Shown here piece after piece: positions 45,304 to 55,003 of a DNA stretch of 64,000 bases. Source of the DNA: an uncultured Opitutales bacterium. Lineage in GTDB: Bacteria > Myxococcota_A > UBA9160 > SMWR01. The notes under the pieces are model-generated. The model made no database searches, was not told where the DNA came from, and saw only the letters and a list, made by a program, of their open reading frames with translations. Within the stretch, counting starts at the first letter, position 1. Every line of letters begins with the position of its first letter. Location: NCBI GenBank assembly GCA_964194865.1, contig CAXMOC010000255.1, positions 3,090 through 67,089 of the forward strand, given 5' to 3'. A program made the position numbers and the translations under genes.

Positions 45304-46305
45304 ATGAGGGTGCTGGTCACCGGGGGAACGGGCTTCGTCGGCTCGCACGCGGTCGCAGCCCTGACGGCAGCCGGCCATGATGTGCGTCTGCTGGTAAGAG
45401 ATTCCGCCAAGATCGATCGGGTGCTGAAGCCGCGGGGCATCCAGATCGGCGATTACCGGCTCGGAGACATGACCGACTCCAGCTCCGTGCGCAGTGCGCT
45501 CGCTGGTTGCGATGCGGTGCTTCACGCAGCCGCGACCTTCTATGGTGGCGACGAGGTGCTCGATGCCAACGTCAGCGGTGTTCGAAACGCGGTGGGAATC
45601 GCAGCCGAATTGGGCCTGGATCCCATCGTCTACATCTCGACGATCGCAGCGATGTACCCGCCCCCCGGCGACCGGATTTCCGTCGATGACCCCGTCGTCA
45701 ACCTCAAGACCACCTACGGTCGCTCCAAAGCCGAAGGAGAGCGCTACGCCAGGGAGCTGCAGGCCGCGGGCGCGCCGGTGGTGACGATCTATCCGGCGGG
45801 AGTTCTTGGGCCGGACGACCCCGGCCCCAGCGAGTTGATGAAGGGCCTGCGCGACGGCATGCGCTTCGGCTGGCCGATTACCGCCACGGGTGTTTCCCTC
45901 ATCGACGTGCGCGATCTAGCCAGCGTCGTGGCGGCTGCGCTCGAACCGGGCCAGGGGCCACGCCGCTTCATGAGCGCGGGCCACTTCGTCAGCTGGCGGC
46001 AACTCGCCGACCTCTGTGACGGACTCACCGGCAGAAGAGCACCGCGGATTCCCATGCCTCCACCGCTGCTTCGCGGTGCGGGTCGACTGTTCGATTTCGC
46101 CAAGCGATTCGTTGCCCTCGACTACCCGCTTACCCACGAGGCGGCGCTGATGATGACTCGCTTCGTACCCTGCGACAGCCGCACCACGCTCGAGCAGCTG
46201 GACGTTCGGTTCCGCCCGACCGACGAGACACTCTGCGATGGCATTCGGTGGCTTCACCAGACGGGGCAGATCAGCGCGAAGGTTGCTGGAAAACTGGCCA
46301 GCTGA
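45304..46305 (+). CDS. NAD(P)-dependent epimerase/dehydratase (extended SDR)
   Basis: MRVLVTGGTGFVGSH Rossmann motif and the catalytic YGRSK (YxxxK). Confidence 0.85.
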   Translation: MRVLVTGGTGFVGSHAVAALTAAGHDVRLLVRDSAKIDRVLKPRGIQIGDYRLGDMTDSSSVRSALAGCDAVLHAAATFYGGDEVLDANVSGVRNAVGIAAELGLDPIVYISTIAAMYPPPGDRISVDDPVVNLKTTYGRSKAEGERYARELQAAGAPVVTIYPAGVLGPDDPGPSELMKGLRDGMRFGWPITATGVSLIDVRDLASVVAAALEPGQGPRRFMSAGHFVSWRQLADLCDGLTGRRAPRIPMPPPLLRGAGRLFDFAKRFVALDYPLTHEAALMMTRFVPCDSRTTLEQLDVRFRPTDETLCDGIRWLHQTGQISAKVAGKLAS

Positions 46306-46336
46306 GCTCCGGCCGCTGCTGCATCGAATTGGCTGA

Positions 46337-47344
46337 TCAGGCAGGCTCGGCGGGGAATCGGACGAAACGGAAGCGGGCCGGGATGCGTTCGACCGGCTTT
46401 CCATCGACCTCACCGTACGGATAGATGAAAAAATTCGCCGGCTCGCCGCTCTGAGGAGGGGAGAGGGTCAAGTCGCGTCCGACGGTGAACTCGATCCGGT
46501 CGCTCGGAAGGCTCCCGAAGTACTTCTCGATTCGAGAGGACTTCTTGGCTTCACTCGCATCGATGGGAAACCAGCCGCGGTCGGCCTGGTAGACCTCTGC
46601 CCAGCAGTGATAGCCGGGAACCTCGCTGGCGGTTTCGGCTGCAGGAATTGGAAAGCCGATCAAGAAGCGCGCGGGAATGCCCTGGCTTCGAGCCATTCCG
46701 ATGAAGAGCGAGTGAAAGTCGGTGCAGTTGCCGTACTTCGCAGTGCACGCCCAGATCGCGTCTCCGCTGCCCCAGCCGTCGCCGTGCTTCGCGTAGGTCA
46801 TCGTGCGGACCACGTAGTCGTAGAAGGCTCGGATCTTCTCGGCTTCGCTTTCTAGTCCCCGGCTCTCGTTGGCGGCGATGTCCGCGATCACTCCCTCCAG
46901 GGGAATCTTGCGCTGGGCACTCAGGTAGCGTGCAGGATCCAGCCGTTGGCCCGGGCGAGAGGCCTGGGCGGTGGCTGGAACGCCCGACGAAGGGCTGCGC
47001 TCGACGACGAATCGGGCGACGATCTCCGAATCCGAGCCCTTCAACGGCTCACCGAAGTGCTCCGCGAAGATGATCCGGTTTCCGTACCAATCGGTCGTCA
47101 CGCGATGAGCCCAGGGCGATTCGATCTCGGTGGAGAGCAGACGCTGGGATGCTGTTTCGGCCGGGGAGGGTATCCACACGCGGCTCTCGCTACCTGGGGG
47201 CAGCGCGCTGAGGTCCACGCGATACTCGAACTCGTAGCGAGCGGTCTCCGTCCAGGGGTCGAAGTCTGCGGCGCTGGCCTGGCTGCAGAGCAAGCAGATC
47301 GCCATGGCGAACATTGCGGTTTCAGCGTGGGGGCGCTGAGGCAT
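46337..47344 (-). CDS. secreted transglutaminase-like cysteine protease-fold protein
   Basis: The ATG at 47344 gives the signal MFAMAICLLCSQASA. Transglutaminase core YGNCTDFHSLFIGMARSQGIPARF ... GYHCWAEVY ... WFPIDASE (Cys-His-Asp). Confidence 0.75.
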   Translation of the reverse strand: MPQRPHAETAMFAMAICLLCSQASAADFDPWTETARYEFEYRVDLSALPPGSESRVWIPSPAETASQRLLSTEIESPWAHRVTTDWYGNRIIFAEHFGEPLKGSDSEIVARFVVERSPSSGVPATAQASRPGQRLDPARYLSAQRKIPLEGVIADIAANESRGLESEAEKIRAFYDYVVRTMTYAKHGDGWGSGDAIWACTAKYGNCTDFHSLFIGMARSQGIPARFLIGFPIPAAETASEVPGYHCWAEVYQADRGWFPIDASEAKKSSRIEKYFGSLPSDRIEFTVGRDLTLSPPQSGEPANFFIYPYGEVDGKPVERIPARFRFVRFPAEPA

Positions 47345-47463
47345 CGGGCGGCGGTCCTCCGTGCGTCGCTTCAGAACGCGAAGTAATCGACTCCAGAGCG
47401 GAGACAGCCTGCGGCCGTGGTAGGAGCGACGAGAGCGCGAATCATACGCCACCCCTACCGCAC

Positions 47464-48123
47464 TCAACCACGCCCTCGATCGGCGCGGTCTTGCAGCCCC
47501 TCGAAGTCGACCCGCACAAACAGGCCCTTCGCCTCGGCGGTCAACACACCGTGGGCGTGACAGGTTCCGCGAGCGACGATGCGCCGGCCGCGATTCTGGT
47601 CGATCCAGCCCTCGAATTCCAGATCTTCGTCCAGTGGAGTCACTCCTCGATATTTGATTTCGAGCACGGCGGTCATTCCCGACGTGTTGGCCAGGCCTTG
47701 GGCGGCCCCCAGCAGGTCGTCGAAGAGCGCTGCCACCCAGCCGCCGTGAACCCCGCGCGGGGGTCCCTCGTAGGCCAGACCGAGGCGCGCGTGGCCGTAG
47801 ATTGCGGGCGTCCCGTCGCTGCGTTGCCCCACTCGGATTCGAAGCGGTGGCGCGATCGGGTTGATCTCTCCCCGGACCGGGCTCTGGTCCTGGTAGGCCC
47901 GGCGCGAGTCATCCGGTCGCTCAGGGCGGTTGGCGTCGCGGTCGTACCAGCGGGGCCGTCGCGAGCCTTCCAGTCGGCGGAGCATCGAGCGCGCGAGATC
48001 CGTCGATTCCTCGAGCGCTCGGTCGTCCGGGTCGGCAACGCTGACGACTTCGACGATGGCACGCAGCTCTCGAGCGAGCGCACGTCGTCGCTCATCGCGT
48101 TGTTCGTCAACCGGATCGCGCAT
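47464..48123 (-). CDS. PaaI-family hot-dog thioesterase with N-terminal helical extension
   Basis: GPPRGVHGGWVAALFDDLLGAA and LEIKYRGVTPL are typical of PaaI/YbgC-type thioesterases. Start chosen at the ATG at 48123. Confidence 0.6.
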   Translation of the reverse strand: MRDPVDEQRDERRRALARELRAIVEVVSVADPDDRALEESTDLARSMLRRLEGSRRPRWYDRDANRPERPDDSRRAYQDQSPVRGEINPIAPPLRIRVGQRSDGTPAIYGHARLGLAYEGPPRGVHGGWVAALFDDLLGAAQGLANTSGMTAVLEIKYRGVTPLDEDLEFEGWIDQNRGRRIVARGTCHAHGVLTAEAKGLFVRVDFEGLQDRADRGRG

Positions 48124-48263
48124 CTCGCCCCCTCTGCAACGCCGCCCGCCAACTTCTATACCGGCCTGACGACATGAATTCATGTGATTCACGGTCTGCC
48201 CCGAGGGTGGTCGTGAAGGATCGAGGCAGATCCGGTTGTGAGGTGAAGCTCCGTTGCTTCCGG

Positions 48264-49361
48264 TTAGAGAGAGAGGACGGTACGGATACCGCGCCCCGCC
48301 TTGAGGTCGTCCATGGCGCGATTGATCTCGGAGAGAGGCCTCCGGGCGGTGATCAACGATTCGAGATCGAGCCGGCCGGCGCGCCAGAGATCGACCAGGC
48401 GGGGGATTTCGCGCAACGAGTTGACGCTGCCCAGCACGCAGGCGAGCAGCTTCTTACCGCTGATCACGAAGCCGGCCGCGGGGTTGATCTCGATACGTTC
48501 CTGGATGTTCGGCGCACCTACGCAAACGATCGTACCGCCATTGCGCGCTGCCGCGATACCGGTTTGGATCAGGTCGGCGAGGCCAGCAGTCTCGAACGCG
48601 TAGTCGACGCCCACGTCCGTGATCGCACGGGCCCGCGCGACCACATCCTCCTCGCTGGGATCGAGCAGGTCTGTCGCGCCGAATGCCTTGGCCGCATCGC
48701 GTCGCTCGGCGAGCGGATCCGACGCGATAATTCGCGCCGCCCCAGCCACCCGGGCGCCCTGCACGACCGAGAGGCCGACGCCCCCCAGGCCCATCACGAG
48801 CACCGTCGCGCCCTCTACGACCCGCGCGGTGTTGAGGACGGCGCCGACACCCGTCTGTACCGCGCACCCGATCACGCAGGCGACGTCGAGCGGTAGCTCG
48901 GCCGGGATCCCTACCGCGGCGTTTGCGGATGCCACGACGTACTCCGCGAAGGCTCCCAGATTGAGACCGCGGTACACCGGCGCACCCGCACGCGATAGCC
49001 CCGTTGTTCCGTCGGGAAAAGCGCTGGTCTGCAGACCGATGGTATCGACACATAGGCTCGCCTCTTCGCGCACGCACCAGTAGCAGGTTCCACATGGAGG
49101 GCACGGAGTCAGGATGACGCGATCACCGACTGCCAGGCGCGAAACATGGCTGCCAACGGCATCTACCACGCCCGCCGCCTCGTGTCCCAACACGATCGGA
49201 ACGGGGCTTGGGAAGGTGCCGTCGACCATGCTGAGATCCGAGTGGCAGACTCCGCAGTGGGCGATCCGAACGCGGATCTGATCCGATCCCGGCTCGGAGA
49301 TCTCGACATCCTCGCGAATCCGTAGGGGTTCCCCCGATTGCTCGTGCAGCGCAGCCTTCAT
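48264..49361 (-). CDS. zinc-dependent alcohol dehydrogenase (MDR family)
   Basis: HCGVCHSDL, GHEAAGVV, structural-zinc cysteines CPPCGTCYWC, Rossmann VMGLGGVGLS. Confidence 0.9.
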   Translation of the reverse strand: MKAALHEQSGEPLRIREDVEISEPGSDQIRVRIAHCGVCHSDLSMVDGTFPSPVPIVLGHEAAGVVDAVGSHVSRLAVGDRVILTPCPPCGTCYWCVREEASLCVDTIGLQTSAFPDGTTGLSRAGAPVYRGLNLGAFAEYVVASANAAVGIPAELPLDVACVIGCAVQTGVGAVLNTARVVEGATVLVMGLGGVGLSVVQGARVAGAARIIASDPLAERRDAAKAFGATDLLDPSEEDVVARARAITDVGVDYAFETAGLADLIQTGIAAARNGGTIVCVGAPNIQERIEINPAAGFVISGKKLLACVLGSVNSLREIPRLVDLWRAGRLDLESLITARRPLSEINRAMDDLKAGRGIRTVLSL

Positions 49362-49595
49362 GTGGCCTCCTGATCGTCTTCGATCCCGGCGGGAGTATAA
49401 GGCGGGCGATCCTGTGCTCCCAGATTTCTCCTCGAGATCGAAGCGCCCGAGGCTGCCCTTGTTTACTCGACCTTTACCGAGCGGCTCGTCTTCATCCGGT
49501 AGAATTCTTTCTCGAACCGCGAGGGATCACGAGATGGGCCACCTTCGACGGGCAGTTCGAACCTTCGGGCCATCGGTGGTTTCGAAGAGTTTGAG

Positions 49596-50480
49596 ATGAC
49601 CGGACGATTCACGACGATTCGCGATCCGCGCAGCTTCCAGTCTGCGATTCTCATCGCGCTGTTGGCTTACGGCGCGGCGATGCTCGACTTCGAGATTCGC
49701 CCCGCCGTCGCGCTTGCGATCGGGGTGTCTGCACTGGGCTGGCAATTTGGCTTCGCCAAGCTCTGGGGGCTCTCGCGCTTCGATCCGCGCAGTGCCGTGA
49801 TTTCCGCGCTCTCCCTGTGTCTGCTGCTGAGAACGACGTCGCTGACCACCGCACTCCTGGCGGCTTTTCTCGCCATTGGCAGCAAGTTCGTGCTTCGCCA
49901 TCGCGGAAAACACTGGTTCAACCCCACCGCCTTTGGTCTGGCTGGTGTCCTACTACTGAGAGACGATGCCTGGGTGTCCGCGGGCCAATGGGGCACCGCG
50001 CCCTGGCTCGCGCTGGCTCTGGTGGGGATGGGCTCCCTGATCGTGCGCCGCGCCGAGCGCAGCGACGTGACCTGGGCATTCCTGGGTAGCTATCTCGCCC
50101 TGCTTCTGACGCGCTCCTGGTGGCTGGGCGATCCGTTGGCGGTTCCGCTCCACGCGCTGCAGAGCGGAGCGCTGTTGATCTTTGCCTTCTTCATGATCTC
50201 GGATCCGCGTACGACCCCCGACTCGCGGGTGGGTCGTATCACGTTCGGGTGCCTGGTCGCGGCCACGGCGCTGTTTGCCCGTTACTGGCTCTACCAAACG
50301 AACGGGCTCATCTGGTCACTCGTGATCTGTTCTCTGCTCATACCCAGCATCGATCGGGTCTTCCCCGGCCGGCGCTATCGCTGGAGGTCTGCATCCCAGA
50401 CCACCGCACACGGAGGAAACGTCGATGAAGCGCAAGCTGATCTGGGCGCTCTACTTCCTGGTCTTCGCCCTACGAGCTGA
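49596..50480 (+). CDS. RnfD/NqrB-like polytopic membrane protein (stand-alone)
   Basis: ~8 hydrophobic helices. HWFNPTAFGLAG and FFMISDPRTTP resemble the RnfD/NqrB NPA-like and D-P-x-T segments. No other Rnf/Nqr subunits are present. Confidence 0.55.
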   Translation: MTGRFTTIRDPRSFQSAILIALLAYGAAMLDFEIRPAVALAIGVSALGWQFGFAKLWGLSRFDPRSAVISALSLCLLLRTTSLTTALLAAFLAIGSKFVLRHRGKHWFNPTAFGLAGVLLLRDDAWVSAGQWGTAPWLALALVGMGSLIVRRAERSDVTWAFLGSYLALLLTRSWWLGDPLAVPLHALQSGALLIFAFFMISDPRTTPDSRVGRITFGCLVAATALFARYWLYQTNGLIWSLVICSLLIPSIDRVFPGRRYRWRSASQTTAHGGNVDEAQADLGALLPGLRPTS

Positions 50481-51762
50481 CGGGGCAGACGCATTCTGCG
50501 GCTTCTACGTCGCGAAGGCAGATACCAAGATCTTCAACCGAGCTTCGCAGGTGGTGTTGGTCCGAGACGAAGATCGAACTGTTCTCACCATGGCGAACGA
50601 TTTTCAGGGTGACTTGCGCGAGTTCGCCATGGTCGTCCCGGTGCCGACCTTCATCGAGCGCGAACAGATTCACGTTGGAGACAAGGCGATCATCGATCAT
50701 CTTGACGCCTACACGGCACCGCGCCTGGTCGAGTACTTCGACGAAGATCCGTGCGCACCCCGTCCCGTCTTTGCATTCCAATCGCGGATGGCGGCGGGCT
50801 CGATCGCCGAGAGCCGCCGTGCGTCCGCTCTCGGTGTCACCATCGAGGCCAGCTACACGGTGGGCGAGTACGACATCCTGATCCTCTCCGCAGAGCAGAG
50901 CGGAGGACTCGAGACCTGGCTGAAGGAGAACGGCTATAGAATCCCGGAGGGCGCCTCTGAGGTGTTGGGTAGCTACATCAAGCAGCAGATGCGGTTCTTC
51001 GTCGCCAGGGTGAACCTGGACGAGCAGTCGAAACTGGGCTTCAGCTACCTGCGTCCGCTGCAAGTTGCCTATGAGTCACCGCGCTTCACGCTGCCGATCC
51101 GGCTGGGCACCGTGAATGCCAACGGCCCCCAGGAGCTGTTCGTCTACGCCCTCACACGCAAGGGTCGGGTCGAAACCACCAACTACCGTACCGTCAAGCT
51201 CCCCACGGGCATGGACGTCCCGACCTACGTGAAGACCGAGTTCGGCGACTTCTATCGCGCCATGTTCGACACCCAGACTCGAAGAGAAGACGGCCCGGTG
51301 GTCTTTGTCGAGTATGCGTGGGACATGAACTGGTGTGATCCCTGTGCGGCAGACCCGCTTTCGGAACAGGAGCTTCGCGAGCTGGGCGTCTTCTGGCTCG
51401 GTGAGGCGTCACCGGCCAAGCAGATCGCGCCCCGCCCCCCTGGAGCAGCACGGGACGTATTCGTGACGCGCCTCCACGTCCGTTACGACGCCGAGCGCTT
51501 TCCGGACGATCTGGTCTTTCAGCAAACCGGGGATCGGAGCAATTTCCAGGGTCGTTACGTGTTGCGTCACCCCTGGCGCGGGGAATCGAGCTGCGAGCAA
51601 GCGGAGGCCTACCGGCGCGGGCTTCCGGCGCGCCTCGAGCGCGAGGCGCAGACACTGGCGTCGCTGACGGACTGGGACATCGAGCAGATTCGGAAGAAGT
51701 TGGATCTTGAGCAGCCGCCCGAGGAATCGAAGCAGTGGTGGGAACGTCTCTGGAAGGATTGA
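50425..51762 (+). CDS. secreted DUF2330-like protein
   Basis: Signal MKRKLIWALYFLVFALRADGADA, then FCGFYVAKAD...VVLVRDEDRTVLTMANDF...EFAMVVPVP, as I recall for DUF2330. It overlaps the upstream gene by 56 nt. Confidence 0.5.
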   Translation: MKRKLIWALYFLVFALRADGADAFCGFYVAKADTKIFNRASQVVLVRDEDRTVLTMANDFQGDLREFAMVVPVPTFIEREQIHVGDKAIIDHLDAYTAPRLVEYFDEDPCAPRPVFAFQSRMAAGSIAESRRASALGVTIEASYTVGEYDILILSAEQSGGLETWLKENGYRIPEGASEVLGSYIKQQMRFFVARVNLDEQSKLGFSYLRPLQVAYESPRFTLPIRLGTVNANGPQELFVYALTRKGRVETTNYRTVKLPTGMDVPTYVKTEFGDFYRAMFDTQTRREDGPVVFVEYAWDMNWCDPCAADPLSEQELRELGVFWLGEASPAKQIAPRPPGAARDVFVTRLHVRYDAERFPDDLVFQQTGDRSNFQGRYVLRHPWRGESSCEQAEAYRRGLPARLEREAQTLASLTDWDIEQIRKKLDLEQPPEESKQWWERLWKD

Positions 51763-51793
51763 TTGTGTTGGACAGGGAGTCGCGGCTCCGACG

Positions 51794-52429
51794 TCACCCG
51801 GCTTCGGCAATTCCCTCGGCCCGCACCCTCTCGAGGTCGTCGAGCAGCTTGGCACGCTGGCGCTTGTCGAGGGCGTCGTAGTAGCCGCGGATTCGTCCCA
51901 TCCGGTCGGCGAGGACGAATTTGTTGCTGTGAAGGATTGGGCCGCTGACGCTCTCGCTGTTCGCTACGGGTAGCTTGAATCCGTCTACGCTCAACGCCCA
52001 GATAGCTTCGCGCTCTCCCGTGAGAAAACTCCAGCTGTCCTGCGCCGCTCCATGCTTCTGTGCGTAGCTTCTCAGCGCCTCGGGCGTATCGTGCTCCGGA
52101 TCGACGCTGATGCTCACGAGCTGTACGTCGCCCCAGTCTCGGCGCCGCAGCTCGGCCTGAATCCTGGCCATCTCGCGCGTCAACATCGGACACCGACCGG
52201 GGCACTGGGTGAAGATGAAATCCGCCAGCCAGGGTTTGCCGTGTAACTGCTCGCTGCCGAAAGGCTGAGAGTTCTGGTCGAGCAATACGAATTCCGGCAG
52301 CGTCCCCCAGACGGGAACGCTGTCGCTCGCCCCGCAGGCCAGCAGCGAGAGTGTGAGCAACGGCGCGATGAGGCCGGAACACGCCCAGCCCAACCTGCGG
52401 TCGCTCTGGATTCGATGGGCCGTGATCAT
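51794..52429 (-). CDS. SCO1/SenC-family copper chaperone/thioredoxin-like lipoprotein
   Basis: Lipobox LSLLACG, CxxxC motif FTQCPGRCP, conserved H in ILHSNKFVL. Confidence 0.8.
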   Translation of the reverse strand: MITAHRIQSDRRLGWACSGLIAPLLTLSLLACGASDSVPVWGTLPEFVLLDQNSQPFGSEQLHGKPWLADFIFTQCPGRCPMLTREMARIQAELRRRDWGDVQLVSISVDPEHDTPEALRSYAQKHGAAQDSWSFLTGEREAIWALSVDGFKLPVANSESVSGPILHSNKFVLADRMGRIRGYYDALDKRQRAKLLDDLERVRAEGIAEAG

Positions 52430-52436
52430 CTTTCTC

Positions 52437-53261
52437 CTACTTCACTCGCTCGAACCCGGGGGGCCGCTTCTGCATGAAGGATTTCACCCCCTCGGAAAAG
52501 TCCGGCCGCGAAAAGCTCTCGACCATCAGCTTCACTGCCTTGGAGTGGGATTCCGCGAGCGGCTCCTGGAGGCCCTCGTAGACCTGGCGCTTCATCACCT
52601 TCATGGAAGTTGGTGAGCAGTTCGCCGCCATCTCGCGCGCATAATCGTAGACGTGCTTGAGCAGCTCGTCGTGCGGCAGCGTCTTGTTCACCAGGCCCAT
52701 GCGCTCCGCCTCGGCGGCGTCGATTCTGCGCCCCGACATGATGAGATCCAGCGCGTGGGCGGTTCCCACGACGCGTGGCAACAGCCAGTTGATTCCCCAC
52801 TCGGCGATCAGGCCGCGTCGAGCGAAGGCGGTGGTGAACACGGCCCGGTCCGACGCAAAGCGGATGTCGGTGCTCAGGGCGATCGGGACGGCCATTCCGG
52901 CACAGGCACCGTTGATCGCGCAGAGGATCGGCTTTCGGACCGACATCAAGTAGGTGTAGGTCGCGCGGAAACCCGCATCCATCTCGGCGTCACCGGGGTT
53001 GGCGTCCAGCTCGCCGGTGCTCTGCCTCTCCGACTTTCCCTCACTGATGTTGGAGAGTCCCTGCAGATCCGCGCCGGCACAGAAGCCCCGTCCCTCTCCC
53101 GTCAAGACGATCACGACGACGTCTTCGTCCCCCTCGGCTTGCGCGATGGCGTGTCGGAGCTCGTTCCCCATCTTGTCCGTCCAGGCGTTGAGGCGATCCG
53201 GTCGGTTGAGCTTGATGGTGGCGGTGGGGCTGTCCACTTCGTAGAGGATTTGTTCGTACAT
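52437..53261 (-). CDS. enoyl-CoA hydratase/isomerase (crotonase family)
   Basis: ATG at 53261 after SD GGAAGGAAGG. LNRPDRLNAW, VIVLTGEGRGFCAGADL, AINGACAGMA, and the oxyanion/catalytic region. Confidence 0.85.
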   Translation of the reverse strand: MYEQILYEVDSPTATIKLNRPDRLNAWTDKMGNELRHAIAQAEGDEDVVVIVLTGEGRGFCAGADLQGLSNISEGKSERQSTGELDANPGDAEMDAGFRATYTYLMSVRKPILCAINGACAGMAVPIALSTDIRFASDRAVFTTAFARRGLIAEWGINWLLPRVVGTAHALDLIMSGRRIDAAEAERMGLVNKTLPHDELLKHVYDYAREMAANCSPTSMKVMKRQVYEGLQEPLAESHSKAVKLMVESFSRPDFSEGVKSFMQKRPPGFERVK

Positions 53262-53541
53262 CCGGCCTTCCTTCCATTGTGAGATCGACTCTGAACTGCC
53301 TTCGACGTTCGTGACGCGCACCCCAGCGTGCCTGCGCGCGTGCGTCGATGCTCGCGGAAATCCAGACTACCACAAGGCATGGACCGGCACCGATCGAAGA
53401 CTCTGTGGAGAGATCTTGCTGCAGCCGGGATGATGCCCGATCTCGCGCTGCGACGGCCGGGAAAGCCGGTGCGCGGTCGGCCAGCTCGCCTCTTGGCCGA
53501 ACCCGGACGCCTGGCCCCGGTGGCAGTTTGTGAGACGCGCT

Positions 53542-54455
53542 CTAGTCAGTCGGTCTGAAACTGTCTGACTTCGGCTTCCGCGCCTTCCGCCTGCTCGCCC
53601 AGCGTCTGGACACTTCGTCCATCGCCAAGACCCGTTCCGCGGATCGACTGGCTGCGACGTGGAGGATCTCGAGAGCGCGTTGGATGGTGTGCCCACTCGT
53701 CGCTTGGGCGTGGATCGAGCGTGCGATCCGATTGATGATGTCGGAGACGTCCGTTGTCGCGCGTGTGATCAGCTGGCTTTTCTTGCGCTGCTCGAAGCTG
53801 GAATGCTTCACACCGTTGGCGACCGAGCGGATTCTCTCGATGGTGACGGCGATCTCCTCGGTCGCCGTGCGCGGGTCGCGTGCGGCTTCGTTCGAGCGCT
53901 CAACGCCCCGTTGTACAACCGCGGGTCCAACTCCGGCACCCTCGACTGCCCCAGCCGGATTCTCCTGGACCGCGACGATCAGGTGAGCGATGTCGTGCGC
54001 TGGGTTCCCGGTGCGATTCGCGAGCGTGTTGACCTCATCTGCTATCGCTTCGGCAGTCGTCTGGCCGACGACTTTTGCCAGGATCTTGGCGTCGTGAATC
54101 ATCTCCTGGCGCCGCTCTGAAACGTCGTACCAGGCGAGGCTGAGAAAACCCAGCAGCAGCGACAGAATGCCCGTTCCCACTAGCGTCAGAGTCAGTTGCT
54201 GAATCGGGTCCCGCGACCCGAAGAGGCTTGGCTCGTACCGTTCTCCCTCGGTGGAGCCGCGGCGACGTCGAGTGCGGCCGCGGTCTCGTCCAGCTCCACC
54301 GAGACGTGGATTCGTTCCTCGATGAATTCGATGCGAAAGGCGGTTTCCTGGGAGGCATCCCGGGAGCTCTCGCTGGGCATCCCTACGATCAGGAACCAGG
54401 TTGCCGCGACCAGCAGAGCCATCCACAGCCAACCCGTGTGCGCCGCAACTCGCAT
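53542..54455 (-). pseudogene. two-TM membrane protein with MCP-signalling-like coiled-coil tail, apparently frameshifted
   Basis: The frame from the ATG at 54455 gives TM1 (GWLWMALLVAATWFLIVG) plus a short acidic loop, then stops at 54192. A different frame continues with TM2 (LTLTLVGTGILSLLLGFLSLAWY) and a helical tail (TEEIAVTIERIRSVANGVKHSSFEQRKKSQLITRATTDVSDIINRIA...). The frames overlap around 54200-54250. Confidence 0.4.
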
Positions 54456-54823
54456 GGTTGGCCCCCAGTCAGCATTTCCTGCTCTTCCGCGCAGGCCGGT
54501 CGCAGCACCGGCACCGGAAGCGCGGCAATCCAAAGCATCGGGGGGATGTCTTGCCAGGCGAATCGGTCTGTCGGTGGGCGATGTTGAGCGGAATCAGCCG
54601 CCACGAGCGCTCTAGTGGGGGACGTATCTTCCCGTGCTTGCTGGTCCCCAGATCGTGCGGAGAATGGAGCCCGTGACCACGGACACTCGGCCTCTTCGTG
54701 CGTCGGCGCTGCTGGCCTTCGCACACGGCAAGGCTCGAACTGGGAATCGAGACGACGGCGCCTAGCGCCGCCTAGCGCAATAGAAAGGGTGGGCGGTCGG
54801 GTACTCGGCGCCCCGCCGAGCCC

Positions 54824-54928
54824 TCAGGCCTGGGCATCCTTGGCCGCCTTCTTGCGGGCCAGGCGCCGCTTGCGCCGGATCTTGTGGGCGTGTCGCTTGA
54901 CCTTCTGCTTGTTCTTGCTCCGAGCCAT
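54824..54928 (-). CDS. unannotated 34-aa highly basic small protein
   Basis: Reverse strand: GGAGGA-ATCG-ATG GCT CGG AGC AAG ... GCC TGA = MARSKNKQKVKRHAHKIRRKRRLARKKAAKDAQA. It falls below the ORF-track length cutoff. It has a strong SD, and a GC hairpin (CTCGGCG-GGG-CGCCGAG) lies just after the stop. Confidence 0.5.
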   Translation of the reverse strand: MARSKNKQKVKRHAHKIRRKRRLARKKAAKDAQA

Positions 54929-55003
54929 CGATTCCTCCGGTCCCAACGGACCGCACAAACTAGTCGAATCGAGCGCGTCGCGCCGCTCGGAACCCATCGC
55001 GGC

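Noticed and set aside
49500-49595. TTCGAA-containing inverted repeats upstream of the RnfD-like gene that superficially resemble tRNA arms.
   Set aside because: There is no consistent acceptor, D or anticodon arm geometry. These are more likely promoter/leader structure.
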